Shown here: in pieces, positions 38,689-51,438 of the stretch | Layout: every line of letters begins with the position of its first letter | Position numbering within the stretch: the stretch's first letter is position 1 | Position numbers and translations under genes: made by a program | The notes under the pieces: model-generated | Seen by the model: only the letters and a program-made list of their open reading frames with translations | The model's database searches: none | Told to the model about the DNA's origin: nothing | Source: Eledone cirrhosa | Lineage: Eukaryota | DNA: 64,000 nucleotides | Direction of reading: 5' to 3' | NCBI GenBank assembly: GCA_964016885.1 | Contig: OZ024743.1 | Location: 94,860,001-94,924,000 of the forward strand

Positions 38689-38919
38689 ATACCTTCCTGC
38701 CAGATTGTTGAACGTATATACTTACCTTATGCATATTAACGGCTGAGTAGCCCAATTTGCATATCGAGTGGGTTAATCGGCCGGGTGCACCGAAAACGAT
38801 AAACGGAAAAAATGAAACGAAATTTCATTTCCCACTCTTAGTACGGCTGTTACTTAAATATAAGTATGTACACGTACATACATATATGTATACAGACGTA
38901 CAGTATATATATAATATAC

Positions 38920-38982
<63 letters not shown>

Positions 38983-39176
38983 TAATAAAAACAATGAATA
39001 AAAACAAAGAACAAGTTCCTTATATTAAAAAAATTCCTTATATTAATTTATCTTGACTCTGTTTTCCTGTGATTTTCATCGAAAGTTTTTGAATGCATCT
39101 TCTCTTTTCATGATATCTGGATTACATTGAGTTCTTCATACGGATTGAACACTACCGTATATTTTGGTAGATTTAT

Positions 39177-39328
<152 letters not shown>

Positions 39329-39531
39329 GTAGAACACTGGAAGGTATTATCCGTAGTGGTAGAGCACTCAGTCCATGGGAAAAGAGTCAGGACCCCGACA
39401 GCTAGATCGAAACGACCGGAGCTCAGTCGTCGGGATCCTGACTCTTTTCCTATAACGCACTCTACTACCCTAAGTATTGAGTATTCTGGTGCGTTATGGT
39501 CCACCCCGTATCTTACCACACCCTGTTTGTT

Positions 39532-39610
<79 letters not shown>

Positions 39611-39615
<5 letters not shown>

Positions 39616-39975
39616 TAACCGTGGTCTTCCTCTTCTAGTGTGTCCATGTAGGGGCTCCCAAAGGAGCACTGAGTGCAATGTCAACTCTGGATGTCGGTGA
39701 GCATGTCCAGCCAACCTCAGTCTCCTCTGTGTCACTTTTGAGCTGACTTTTGGGATGCTCCCATACAGCTCTGAGTTTTTCATCCTCAGTGTATACTGAT
39801 TAATGTTCATAGCCATCCTCAGCATTCTCGTGTAGCACCCATCCACCATCTGAGTGAGTCTCTTGGTCAGTGTCCAAGTCTCAGACCCATACAGCAGCAC
39901 AGACTCCACTACAGCAATGAAGAGGCGGATTTTCAGGTCTCTACGAAGGTCCGACTTCCACACCGATCTCAAGCT
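39611..39975 (-). mobile_element. RTE-clade LINE ORF C-terminal fragment
   Basis: KIRLFIAVVESVLLYGSETWTLT..RMLR..RRLRLAGHAHR..RRGRPRLT. Confidence 0.85.
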
Positions 39976-40083
39976 GTGACACTGGTCTGTTGGAGATGCA
40001 GGATATGGCAGCGATAATGAGGGACAGAGACCGCTGGAGAGAACTCGTCCATGGATCTCGGGAATTTTACCCGCCTTAGATAG

Positions 40084-40172
<89 letters not shown>

Positions 40173-40481
40173 GAAAGGTATAGAAAATATTGTAGCAAAA
40201 AGCCAACAGTATTCCATAATATATAAGTGACTATAGCGTCAAAATGGAAAAATACTTAACGTAAGATGTGGGAAAAATAATTCAAACTCAACTAAAAAAG
40301 AATCAGGATATAGATTCGTCCAACAGAATTTAGTGAAATCCAGAAAAGTTAAACAAGGTTCAATGAATAAATCAAAGAATGAGTTTTACAATAGATTGGA
40401 AGCACTCAACAAAGTTGGTTTTCCAGATTTATTAATATTAATTCAAAATATTAACAAAATAGATATTCATGTGACCAAGTA

Positions 40482-40548
40482 TATTTTATTATACATATTT
40501 CAGAGGTACTGAGTTAAGTTCAACAGTACGTCCTCATCAGATAAAATA
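40482..40548 (-). ncRNA. Hammerhead motif in PLE 3'-end relic (~40345-40610)
   Basis: reverse complement of the 45721 motif; same family as 33756. Confidence 0.82.
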
Positions 40549-40619
40549 AGATGATGCATGACATACCCTGACATAGTAGATGGTTAAGATTTAGTCATGG
40601 TAGTGAGTAATATATATCG

Positions 40620-40689
<70 letters not shown>

Positions 40690-40819
40690 CGAGAGAGAGA
40701 GAGAGAGATAATATATATACTGTATATATAGATACGTGGTAGATACTTGACATATGCGCACATATGTACATATCAATATCCTCATTCATAATCCACATTA
40801 TTAAAAATAGTTCCGTCCC

Positions 40820-41048
40820 CTTCTCTCTCTCCCCTCTCTCTCTCACTCTCTTTCTCTCTCTTTCTCCCCCCTCACTCCCATGTCTCTCTCTCTTTCTCTT
40901 TCTACTCTCCACTTTCTCTCTCTCACCTCCCTATCTCTCTCTTTCTCCGTCCCCTCTCTCTCCTCTACTCTCTCTCCCACCTCCCTATCTCTCTTTTTCT
41001 CCGTCCCCTCTCTCTCACCTCTCTATCTCTCTATTTCTCCATCCCCCT

Positions 41049-41093
<45 letters not shown>

Positions 41094-41524
41094 TCCCTAT
41101 CTCTCTCCTTCTCCATCCCCTCTCTCTCCACTCTCTCCATCTTTCTCTCTCTTTCTTCCCCTACACTCCTTTACTCGCCACCCCCCTCTCTCTCTCTCTC
41201 ACCTCCTCATCTCTCTCTTTCTTCGTCCCCTCTCTCTCCACTCTCTCCATCTTTCTCCCTCTACTCTCCTCTACTCTCCTGTCCTCTCTCCTTGTCCGAC
41301 TTATCTTTTTCTATCTCTCATTTCTTCGTGTTCCTTCTCCTACTCTGTCACTATTGCTCATCTCTCTCCCTCTCTAATATCATTGCCTGTTTTTCTCTCT
41401 CTCCCTCTCTCTCATGTTCTTGCCCTACCCCTTCTCTGCTTATCTTCTTTCCCTCTCTCTTTGTTTATCTCACCTTCTTTCTGTTCATCTCTCTCTCTTC
41501 CAGTCAATATCTTACTCCCTCTCA

Positions 41525-41578
<54 letters not shown>

Positions 41579-41599
41579 CACTCCATCCCCCCCCTCTCC

Positions 41600-41625
<26 letters not shown>
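40820..41625. repeat. CT-rich low-complexity tract
   Basis: direct reading. Confidence 0.9.
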
Positions 41626-41644
<19 letters not shown>

Positions 41645-41999
41645 CATACATACACACACATACTCTCCTCCCCCTTCCATGACGTCCACCGAACCAAGCG
41701 GCTAGCTCCCCCGACCCCCTTCTCTCTATTAAAGAATTAGTTAGACACAACAAAGCAGATCCACGGATATTGCACGGATTTTGAGATTCCAAAGGGATCT
41801 GATGTCGCTAACATGGCGCTAGACCGTTAAAGTGGTTTTATCCGACGATTTCACTGAAATCCTTCTCTGCTGGAATTATATACACGCTGCCAGAATCGCT
41901 AGCTTTGTCTTCTTAGCTTAAGCTTTATACAGCTGAGCTGTGCTGAGGAGTTACACATATACACAGTTACAATGAGAGAGGTTGAGAGTGGCATATTGT

Positions 42000-42016
42000 T
42001 ATAGAGGGAGGAGGAG

Positions 42017-42080
<64 letters not shown>

Positions 42081-43260
42081 GCAGTCAGTTATAGAGTGAG
42101 ATAGTGAGTGAATGAGTGAGTGAGTGAGAGGGGGAGGAGAAAGGTTGGCGGACAGTGAGTGGGTGATAGGAGAGACACTAACAGAGAGTCAGTGAGAGAG
42201 AATGAGTGGATGAGAGAAAAGATAATAGACGGAGTGGCTGTTTGCGGCGTTTGTGTGTGATAGATAGATAGTAGATAGATAGAGGGAGAGAAAGATAGTT
42301 AGATAGATAGATAGATAGATAGATAGAGAGGTAGATAGATAGATAGATAGAGAGGCAGTAGATAGAGATAGAGATAGAAAGAGAGAGAGAAAGAGTGGGA
42401 GAGAGAAGAAATGACTGACAACAGAAAGTGAGAGAGAGAGAGAGAGAGAGAGAGATAATGAGAGAGAGATAGGGGGGGGGGGCAGACAACGAAGAATGCG
42501 AGAGAGAGTGAAGAAGGGCGAAAGAAAAGTAGTATTTCTGGAGAGGGGGGCGTAAAGCAGAAAGATTGACTTGGCTTTGCTTGGCTTCAGTTAAGCTGGA
42601 ATATACGACTGAGAGAGGTGGCAGAGAATAGGGGATGAGTAAGAGGAAGGGGAGTGTACTGGAAACATCGGAGATTGAGGAAGAGGGGATAGGGAGATAT
42701 AGTGTAGGAGAGAGAGTGAAAGAATGGAAAAGGGAAATATAGAGTGAGTGTGTGTGAAGGAGAGAGCCTGGCTTGGCTTTGGAGCTGTACTGGAAATATT
42801 GGAGAGTGAGGAAAGGAATGAGAAAGCTATAGTGTAATAGAGAGTGAAAGTAGAGAACAAGAGTAATAGAGAGAGAAGGGGGGGGGGGCAAAGGACGAGA
42901 AGTGAACTGGAAATATGGGAGAGTGAAGAAGTCGGGGAAAGAAAGACATTGTTTAAGAGAGAGAGAGAGAGAGAGAGGGAGAGGGGGAATAAAAGCTATA
43001 TAGAGAGAAGAAATGTGAAGCAGAGAGAGAGTGGAGCTGGACTTGGAAGAGGATAACATGGTTAGGGAGAGGAGAGACAGCGCGGGGGTGGAGAATGAGT
43101 GTGTGTGGAGAGAGAGTGAGAGTGAGAGAGTGAGAGAGAGAATATGAGTGAATGTAAAGATAAAGAGAGAGGAAGAGGGCGAGAGAGAGAGAGAGAACTG
43201 GATAGAGACGGATTTACTTATGAAGCTGAGCAGATATGGTAGCAGTATGTGAAGTAGAAT
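42000..43260. repeat. GA-rich low-complexity tract
   Basis: direct reading. Confidence 0.9.
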
Positions 43261-43328
43261 GGAGAATACTACGCACACACACACATTGGTGTGTGTGTGC
43301 GTGTGTGCTTATATGCGCCTTCGTGAAA

Positions 43329-43363
<35 letters not shown>

Positions 43364-43585
43364 GAGGTTATATTTAATTTAAAATTTTTTATAACTGATA
43401 TAAAGCACTCAACTAATTTAAATAAACCGTTATCTTTTCAACCTTTCGGACACTCATTTGCATACTCACTCATAATTTTGTATTACCCTCAATAAATGTA
43501 ATATCTACACTATCCAGGAAGCTCCAACCGTTAAGGCTGTCTTTTTTTTCCGGGTATGTCAATATTTATTTATAAAACAAATTTG

Positions 43586-43651
43586 TATTTTATCTGATGA
43601 AAGCGCACCATAATTTGCCTTGGTTGCCCTTGAAATATGTGTAATAAAATA
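43586..43651 (+). ncRNA. Hammerhead motif (family of 5095)
   Basis: TATTTTAT-CTGATGA-stem II-GAAA-TATGTG-TA-ATAAAATA; flanks homologous to 5060-5195. Confidence 0.78.
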
Positions 43652-43750
43652 AATATGGTTTTATAAATATAGTTTCCATTTATTAATATATTGTAGTAAT
43701 GTACTGGGTAATTGCTGGCCTTGTGCCTAACGTAGAAACAATTAATATAT

Positions 43751-43822
<72 letters not shown>

Positions 43823-43895
43823 ATATACATATGTACCAAGGCTCTGATACCATCAACACTATACACACAGAGTTGGCATATCTAAGAACTGACTA

Positions 43896-43953
43896 ACTGC
43901 CTGATGAGGTCATAGCCATTCAATGGCCATCATCGAAATATATATATAGCAGT
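43896..43953 (+). ncRNA. Hammerhead motif
   Basis: ACTGC-CTGATGA-..GCCATT/AATGGC..-GAAA-TATATATA-TA-GCAGT. Confidence 0.8.
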
Positions 43954-43994
43954 AAATAAAGGATTATGAGTTCATGCAATTGACTTATGTTTCG

Positions 43995-44133
<139 letters not shown>

Positions 44134-44134
44134 G

Positions 44135-44248
<114 letters not shown>

Positions 44249-44388
44249 TATGTGTGTGTGTGTGTGTATTTATATAAGGATAGAACCACTTTAAAACTAG
44301 TCTATTACTCAACAGAGTACTCGATAATTAGTGTAGTAGAGTGTGGCTATATTATAAAGAGTCGGGACACGACTCTTTATTATATATA

Positions 44389-44864
44389 CTAGCAGAAAAG
44401 CCACCCGAAGAGTGGTTTTCTGCTAGCATGTGTAGTGTGTATATTGATATTATACGCAAGTATATATACATGTAGATATGATATATCAAATAAAATCGTA
44501 ATTGACAATATACACAGAAATTGAACGAAGACTGCGTTACACTGTCTTATGTAATCAGTAACGTAATCCGTGATACATTTAAAAAAGATGATACTATATA
44601 TAAACTGAATTAGGAGAAAATTAGTGACGGAAATATATGAATGTTTATTTAAGTGATCGCTAACCGGAAGTGTTGAGAATTGAAAATTTTAAAGAACTGA
44701 ATCTTAAAAAATAAGCAACAAAATTATTTATATTTAATCAAGAATAACGAAATTTAGTAGATAAATTATGTAATATTCATTCATTCATTATTAAAAGTAA
44801 CAACCGGGATAACATTATTTATTATGGACGCAGTCCCACCCTCCTTACTTTATTATAGTTTAGA
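44389..44864 (-). mobile_element. Non-autonomous Helitron-like element
   Basis: minus strand starts TCTAAACTATAATAAAG, ends in a hairpin + CTGCTAG, inserted between A and T. Confidence 0.6.
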
Positions 44865-45016
44865 TACATATATATATATTGATGCGTGTGTGCCATTCGG
44901 GGATGTGTCACCGTTACGATAACACTAAATTGGCAAGCCATCCCCGAACCAAATTTATCCTCTATTCTCTGTGTTTGCCGTAATCCTGTTATCTTATATA
45001 GCTAATTTTGTAATCT

Positions 45017-45090
45017 ACACCTGATGTAATCGCTTAAGTCTTGCATCATGATCAGATGATGAAACTGGGCCATTGAAATACGTATAGCGT
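45017..45090 (+). ncRNA. Degenerate hammerhead motif
   Basis: ACAC-CTGATGT-long insert-GAAA-TACGTA-TA-GCGT. Confidence 0.4.
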
Positions 45091-45295
45091 TTTCGCAAAA
45101 ATTATGACATTAAAAAATCTTTCCAGTTCGGCTTGCTGTTGTTTTTAAATGAATATTTAACTCCGTTCCTGCACCATCCACGGGATACCACATCTACGAT
45201 GGATGATTTGCATAACGTCGAGTACAAATTATTGCACCATCCTTTATCAACCGGAATTACCAGTTTTACACATTGGTAAACAACATATCATAAAT

Positions 45296-45329
<34 letters not shown>

Positions 45330-45720
45330 AAAGTTAAACAAGGTTCAATGAATACATCAAAGAATGAGTTTTACAATAGATTGGAAGCACTCAACAGTTA
45401 GGTTTTCCAGAGTTATTAATATTAATTCAAAATATAAACTAACCCACCTACTAAATATATTATCACATCAGCTGTTTCTTCCTCTATGCTCTCCTTTCCC
45501 TCCTCTTTCTCCAATAGTTTTTAAAAATAAAAAAATTATAACTGTTATATTGATGCCATGTATTTCTTAAGCTCTATTACACGCACCCTCTCTGTTGTTT
45601 GTATTATGTTATCTCATGTTCTCAATATTAGGGTATAAATATTGAGTTTTGTCATAAGTTAATCACTACCATGACTGAATCTTAACCAACTACTATGTCA
45701 GGGTATGTCATGCATCATCT

Positions 45721-45787
45721 TATTTTATCTGATGAGGACGTACTGTTGAACTTAACTCAGTACCTCTGAAATATGTATAATAAAATA
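45721..45787 (+). ncRNA. Hammerhead motif in PLE relic 45329-45830
   Basis: TATTTTAT-CTGATGA-..GTACTG/CAGTAC..-GAAA-TATGTA-TA-ATAAAATA. Confidence 0.85.
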
Positions 45788-45924
45788 TAATTCATTACAA
45801 GAATATCTATTTTGTTAATATTTTGAATTATTATATATATATATATATAAGCTTATCCCGGGTTCAATCGGGGGTAACCACAGTAGGTAAGGTACTCAAT
45901 ACATAGCAAAGTATAAATATTTAA

Positions 45925-45992
45925 TATAGAAATGGCTTCTACAGGACTAGAACTCCCGAATGAAACAGTTCTAGTCCTGTAGAAGCCATTTC

Positions 45993-45996
<4 letters not shown>
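45925..45996. repeat. Perfect 30-bp inverted repeat, 12-bp spacer
   Basis: tatagaaatggcttctacaggactagaact / agttctagtcctgtagaagccatttctata; one arm recurs at ~52945-52975. Confidence 0.9.
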
Positions 45997-46027
<31 letters not shown>

Positions 46028-46310
46028 GATAGATAGATAGATAGATAGGTTTCTTTTATTTGCCACTAGGGCATCAAAAGTGGGACAAGTACAAAGGGGG
46101 AGTTTACACAAAAAGGCGTCCTCAATAAGGAGGAGGCAATAACAAAATATAAAAATAAAATAAGATATAACAAAAAATAAAATTTTTAACAAAATCCTCA
46201 ACAGAGAGGAGGCGCCTTGGGGGGTCGCACACACCCCCGAAAAAAGTGTGCAACCCTTCTCCTCAGGAGCACAGAGAAGGGGTGCTCCCTTGGTCTTTCA
46301 TCTTCCTCAC

Positions 46311-49300
46311 CTATAGTCTGATGTAGAGTGAAGGCCCATTCACACGGGCCATTCTCGCCACTTTCACCCATCTTTCATAGAAACGGCTGGGGTGCAGCAC
46401 CTCTCTCTCCATCCTGATCCTTCTTCCGAAATGATAACGGAAGAAACGGACCAGTTGTTGGCCAGAGAGAAAGGTGCCTGACCTCAGTCCTTTCAGACGC
46501 GTCCACCATACAACCTCTTTCGCCATGGCTATTACGCACAGAAACACCGCCTCTGCTTCATCTTTGAAGGGGGGAGGCGGCTTGATCATTACAATAGACT
46601 CGGTGGTCAACCGGATCGGTCCCACCCTTGACAGCAGTTGTTCGACATAGCCCCACAGATCGGCTACGCCCGAGCAGTGTACCAATGCGTGTGCAACGGT
46701 TTCCTCGTCGCACACGCATCTGGGACAGATCTTTTTGGCGGGGTCCCTACCCGGGCGCCCGTGTCTGTAGAGCCTTTCTCTCTCGAACGGGTAAAGCCCC
46801 TCGGTAGCACTGCCAGGCCAGGGACTTCTGGAAGTTGTCCATAGGTCCCGGGCTGAATGTCCTACCGAACAGGCTGGCCAGTTCGTCCTCCTCCATGTCT
46901 AGGGCTTCTCCGAGGGCGTCGTCGCACCTGCTGCGTACCAGCCCTCTATAGAATGTTGCGGTGGAGTCTCCACTGATAACCGGATCCGCCTGCCAGAGGG
47001 CGGTGAGCGCCTGGGCACACTCAGTGTGCCAGGCGCCCAGTTTTCTCGGTCTTTGCTTGACCCAGGATTGCAGCTCGGTGAGTGAGACGAGTCTGGGAAA
47101 GGTTCGTCTCACAAACGAGGCCCACACCGGTTGTCCGGTGAGGAATGCGTAGAGGTGCCGTAGCCTTAATGCGTGTTTACGCATCATTAGCCACGGCATC
47201 CCCAGCCCTCCTTTCGAAGGGTGTTGACAGCAGATGGATCTCCTCACCATAGGAGCCCGCCTCTTCCAAAGGAATTGGAAGAGCGCGCGCTCCATCTTGG
47301 TGAGGGTTTCCCTTGGGCAGGGCACTACGGTCAGGCGGTAGTAGATGACGGACGCTATGTAGGTGTTCGCCACCTCCGCCCGACCTTTCAGGGATAGTTT
47401 GCAACTGGCCCACTTCTGGGTCAGTGCAAACACCCTGTTCGTAACCTCCGCCCAGTTTTTCTCCACCTGGAGGTCCGGTCCGAACCAGACCCCGAGCAAC
47501 TTCACCGGGCCCTCCGTCCAGCGTCCGACGACGCCATCGGAGGGCATCGGTCTGCCCCTCCACGTGCCGAGTTGCAAACCGATCGACTTGTCCCGGTTCA
47601 GCTTAGCCCCTGTGAACTTTTCGTACTCCTCCAGTAAGGTGCCGACCGCCTCGATTTCGGAGGCCGTCGACACCATTACTGTCACGTCATCGGCGTAGGC
47701 CGACACCGCTTTCCGCAATCCCGGTTCCAAAGGGATGCCCTGCAACAACTCCAACTTCCGCAGTAGTGGCTCGAGAGTCAACACATACAGAAGGGAGGAG
47801 AGAGGGCACCCTTGTCGGATGGACCGCGCGATTTTGAACGGCTCCGAGAGGTAGCCGTTCACCTTGACCCTAGAGCAGATGCGGCTGCTGTGCATAGCAG
47901 TGATCCAGCCCCTGAATACGGGTCCAAAGCCTGCCGCCGCTAGCACCGCATCCAGGTAACCATGGTCGACCCTATCGAACGGCTTAGATTGATCCAAGTT
48001 GATCAGAGCCCCACCAAAGCCGGGTTCGTTCCCAACCCTCTCTATGATGTATCGCATGAGGTGGAGGTTGTCATGGATGGACCTGGACGGGATAGCGCAT
48101 GTCTGCGCATCTCCCACCAGGTTGCCCACGACAAGCGCCAACCTCTTTGCTAGCACCTTGGCCAAAATCTGTAACTCTGTATTTAGCAGAGTTATGGGCC
48201 TGAAGTTACTTATTTCGTCCCCCTTGTTCTCGTCCTTCCTCACTAGCGTGACTACGCCCTTGGTCACAGTACAGGGAATTCTCCCGTTCTGTTGCCAGTT
48301 GCAGTAGACCGCCTCGAGGAGATCGGGGAACAAGTCCGGCATAGCTAGATATAATTCGTAAGGAAGACCATCGAGACCCGGGGATTTGCGTTTGCCGCAT
48401 TGGCTCAGCACGTCCTCTATCTCAGCGGCCGAAATCGGCTCCTCGCAGGACTTCGCCTCCCTGTCCGAGAGGCGCGGCAGGCCGTCGAGGTATGGACCGA
48501 AGTCCACGTTCCCAACCGGCTCCCCGCCCTTCCCGAACAGTCGGGCAAAGTGCCTTTGAAAGGCCTCACACATCTGCTTAGGCTCAAGAATCGCCCGTCC
48601 ATCCAGGTCTCGCAAAGACCGGATGGTGGATTTAGTTCCACTGTTGGCCTCTGTCACGCGGGCCCAGCTAACAGCTTTGGTCCCCTCGTTCCCTAGAGCA
48701 CGTATTTTACTTCGGACAACGCAGCCTTCGTGCTTCGCGTCAAAAAACTGGCTCAAAGCCGTTCTCGACGCTAGCACTCTGGCCACGTCGCCGCTTCTAA
48801 TTGCCTCTTCTACTCTATCTATTAGCTCCCTTTCCTTCCTATTCCTATCCGCAGCTAGAACCTTACTAAATTCTATCGAGACTACTCTAATCTCTCTCTT
48901 TAGAGATACCCACCACCTGCTGTTGACGATCGCTCCAGTCAACCGTTCCTTAACTAACGTACTAATCCGATTCCTGTAGGCTCTACTTGCCGGCAAGGAC
49001 AAGTTGAGCTTCCAGTAACCGGAGCCCTGTCTATGAGTTCTGTCAAGGTTGACCATGCAGGTCACTAATTTGTGGTCTGAATAGCCAACCATGCGCATTT
49101 TTGGACAACTTAAAAAGTCCTTATCCTTAATTCTAACTAAGAACCTATCTAGGTACGACCTAGATGATCCGCTACGATTTGCCCAAGTCCAGGTTGGCGC
49201 AGTCGGAAAATCTAGTCGATATCTATCGGCCAGGTCAAATCGACCGATTAACCCTTTGAGGCTATTACACCCCTCTCTGTCGGGGCAGGCCCCTACGTAG

Positions 49301-49752
49301 TCCCAGCGTGCATCTAGGATACCATTCCAGTCCCCCACTAATAGCAAGGAGCGGGACGTCCCTAGAAAAGTCTCCAGACGATGGAAGAAGTCCGGCCGCA
49401 TTGACCCGAAAGGGCCGTAGGCGGCTACCAACCTAAACGCTCCGCCTTTACTACTGCCAAGGTCCAGAACCACTAGTCGACCCTCCGGGTCCAAATGTAC
49501 CATCTGTGTTGCGAGACCCAGATGTTTTTGCAGCAGAACGACAACTCCACCCCCACCTCCGGGCTGACAGAGAGATGCGTGCATCTCAAAGTCATCAAAG
49601 GTGGGGGCCAGCTGTCGCACGTTGCTGATCCGGGCCTCGCAAATAACCATCACATCTATACGTTGTGACCTGAGGTCATTTAGAAGCATTGCTTGCTTCC
49701 AAGTTGAGCCCAGGCCACGCGCATTTAAACAGCCTACTCTTAGCATAGCCAT
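46311..49752 (-). CDS. Tx1 ORF2 (APE-RT-CCHC); open for ~1000 codons, frameshifted near 46780
   Basis: ORF track 46747-49776 + 46311-46715; all APE and RT motifs present; likely start is the ATG at 49752. Confidence 0.92.
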
Positions 49753-49776
49753 GTTGGTGGTGAAGAGAAAAGGCAC

Positions 49777-50856
49777 TTACCTCTCTGCGTCCCGGGTATC
49801 GGGCTGCACAATTTCCATTAGGGTGGGGGATGGGTTGTTGGGTGGGGTGGTGGTTTGTGGAAGTGTGGGGGCATCAGTGTGTTGTGTGGTTGGGGAGCTT
49901 GGAGTTGTGTGGGTGTTTGGGGAGGGGGTGGGATAGTTTTTTAGGAGGACGCGGTTAATGGGCCCGACGCAGGGGGGACCCACGTCCTCTTTAAAATTGT
50001 TTTTTAAAGTTTTATAGGTGTCCTGTGGGGCCTTAATCATTTTGAGGTGGGGGAAATCCCCTGCCTGGGTGAAGTTAGGCCCTTGTGATTTTATTAGATT
50101 GTTGTTGTACACAATGTTTAACAGTTTTTTGTTTCTTGTATTTATGTATGTGTATGCATGTTTTTGTTTTTGTGTGGTGTTTTTTGTTTGCTGTTGTTGT
50201 GAGCTCTTTTGTGTTGGTGTCAGTGTTATGTTTTGGGGAGGGTTTTTTTTCATTTGTGTGTCTGAGGTGTGTTTTCTTTTTTTTCTTTTGATTGTGTGGA
50301 AGTGCTCCTCCTCGTCTGACGACGAACTAGGGTCATCTTCCGCGTTGGAGGGGAGGGGTATATTTTCGGGTTGTGTTTGCGGTACGGGTGTTTTGGAAAT
50401 TGTTTTTGTTTTTTGAGTGGAGGGGATGGGTTGGACATTGTTTTGTTTTGGTTTGAGCTGTGGTGGTTGTTTTTGTAGTGGTAGTTGTGGTGATTGTGTT
50501 GGTTGTGCAGTTGTTGGTGGTGTAGGCAGAATTGGGGTTTTCTTATTAAGTTGGGGACAGACAGCCCTCAGGTGACCTCTGGTTCCGCAGAGGTAACACG
50601 AGGGCCGTCTACCCTCAACGGTAATGTTGATGAAGGTTAGATCATCCAGTATGACGCGTTCAGGGATCTGGGCGATCCTTTCGGGCCTCATTTGAACTAC
50701 AAGTTCGAGGCTCGTTCCACTGAACGCGTCACCCGATGCCTTTCCCATGGACACCAGCATGTCATCCTCCAGGTCCAGAAAACCTGTCAAAACCCACCAT
50801 ATGTCCATAATCGGCAGGATGGTGTGGATTTTTATTTTTTGTGTTCTTCTACCCAT
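49777..50856 (-). CDS. Tx1 ORF1 C-terminal two-thirds
   Basis: RRPSCYLCGTRGHLRAVC knuckle; GAG|GTAAGT at 49775-49780 overlaps the stop. Confidence 0.85.
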   Translation of the reverse strand: MGRRTQKIKIHTILPIMDIWWVLTGFLDLEDDMLVSMGKASGDAFSGTSLELVVQMRPERIAQIPERVILDDLTFINITVEGRRPSCYLCGTRGHLRAVCPQLNKKTPILPTPPTTAQPTQSPQLPLQKQPPQLKPKQNNVQPIPSTQKTKTISKTPVPQTQPENIPLPSNAEDDPSSSSDEEEHFHTIKRKKRKHTSDTQMKKNPPQNITLTPTQKSSQQQQTKNTTQKQKHAYTYINTRNKKLLNIVYNNNLIKSQGPNFTQAGDFPHLKMIKAPQDTYKTLKNNFKEDVGPPCVGPINRVLLKNYPTPSPNTHTTPSSPTTQHTDAPTLPQTTTPPNNPSPTLMEIVQPDTRDAER

Positions 50857-50911
50857 GTACGTAGGGTAGAAGGTGTATGCGGTGGATGTGATAGATAGAT
50901 AGATATGCGTT

Positions 50912-50951
<40 letters not shown>

Positions 50952-50989
50952 TGCGTTGATAGATATGCGTTGATAGATAGATAGATATA

Positions 50990-51279
50990 TTTCTTTATTA
51001 GCCACAGGGGCACAAAAGAAGGGGACAAATACAAAGGGGGAAGTTTACATACAATAAAAACGTGTAAAATGTTATCACAGATGGAATTTAAAAGTTAGTC
51101 GATTTTCCCCAATAGAGGGAGACAGTTTATATGGGTAACACATACCCCCGAAAAAATGTGCAACCCTCATCTCCAGGAGTACGAAGAGCTTGTACTCCTT
51201 TCCTCTCCTCCTCCTTTTCCTCAATCTACAGGCTGATATAGAGAGAAGGCCCATTCACTCGGGCCATTCTCGCCACTTT
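50990..51279 (-). mobile_element. Short 3'-end Tx1 insertion in (GATA)n
   Basis: KVARMARVNGPSLYISL* + 3' UTR; GATA flanks. Confidence 0.85.
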
Positions 51280-51390
51280 GATAGATAGATAGATAGATAT
51301 TTATATATATATATAGTAAAAACTGGGACGGGAACAAAACCAGAGAGGCAGTACAAGCAAAGGTTTATTTGTTTAACGCTCTTGAGAGTG

Positions 51391-51438
<48 letters not shown>

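Larger units (their letters stand above)
46050..50889 (-). mobile_element. Tx1-clade LINE, family 3, 5'-truncated within ORF1, inserted in (GATA)n
   Basis: ORF1 C-terminal part, ORF2, 3' UTR; (GATA)n on both flanks. Confidence 0.95.

Noticed and set aside
41799-41860. CTGATGT...GAAA as a hammerhead
   Set aside because: No convincing stem I or III pairing, and no correctly placed UH site
40764-43284. 313-aa and 368-aa Ser/Leu-rich ORFs
   Set aside because: CT/GA low-complexity sequence lacking stops by composition
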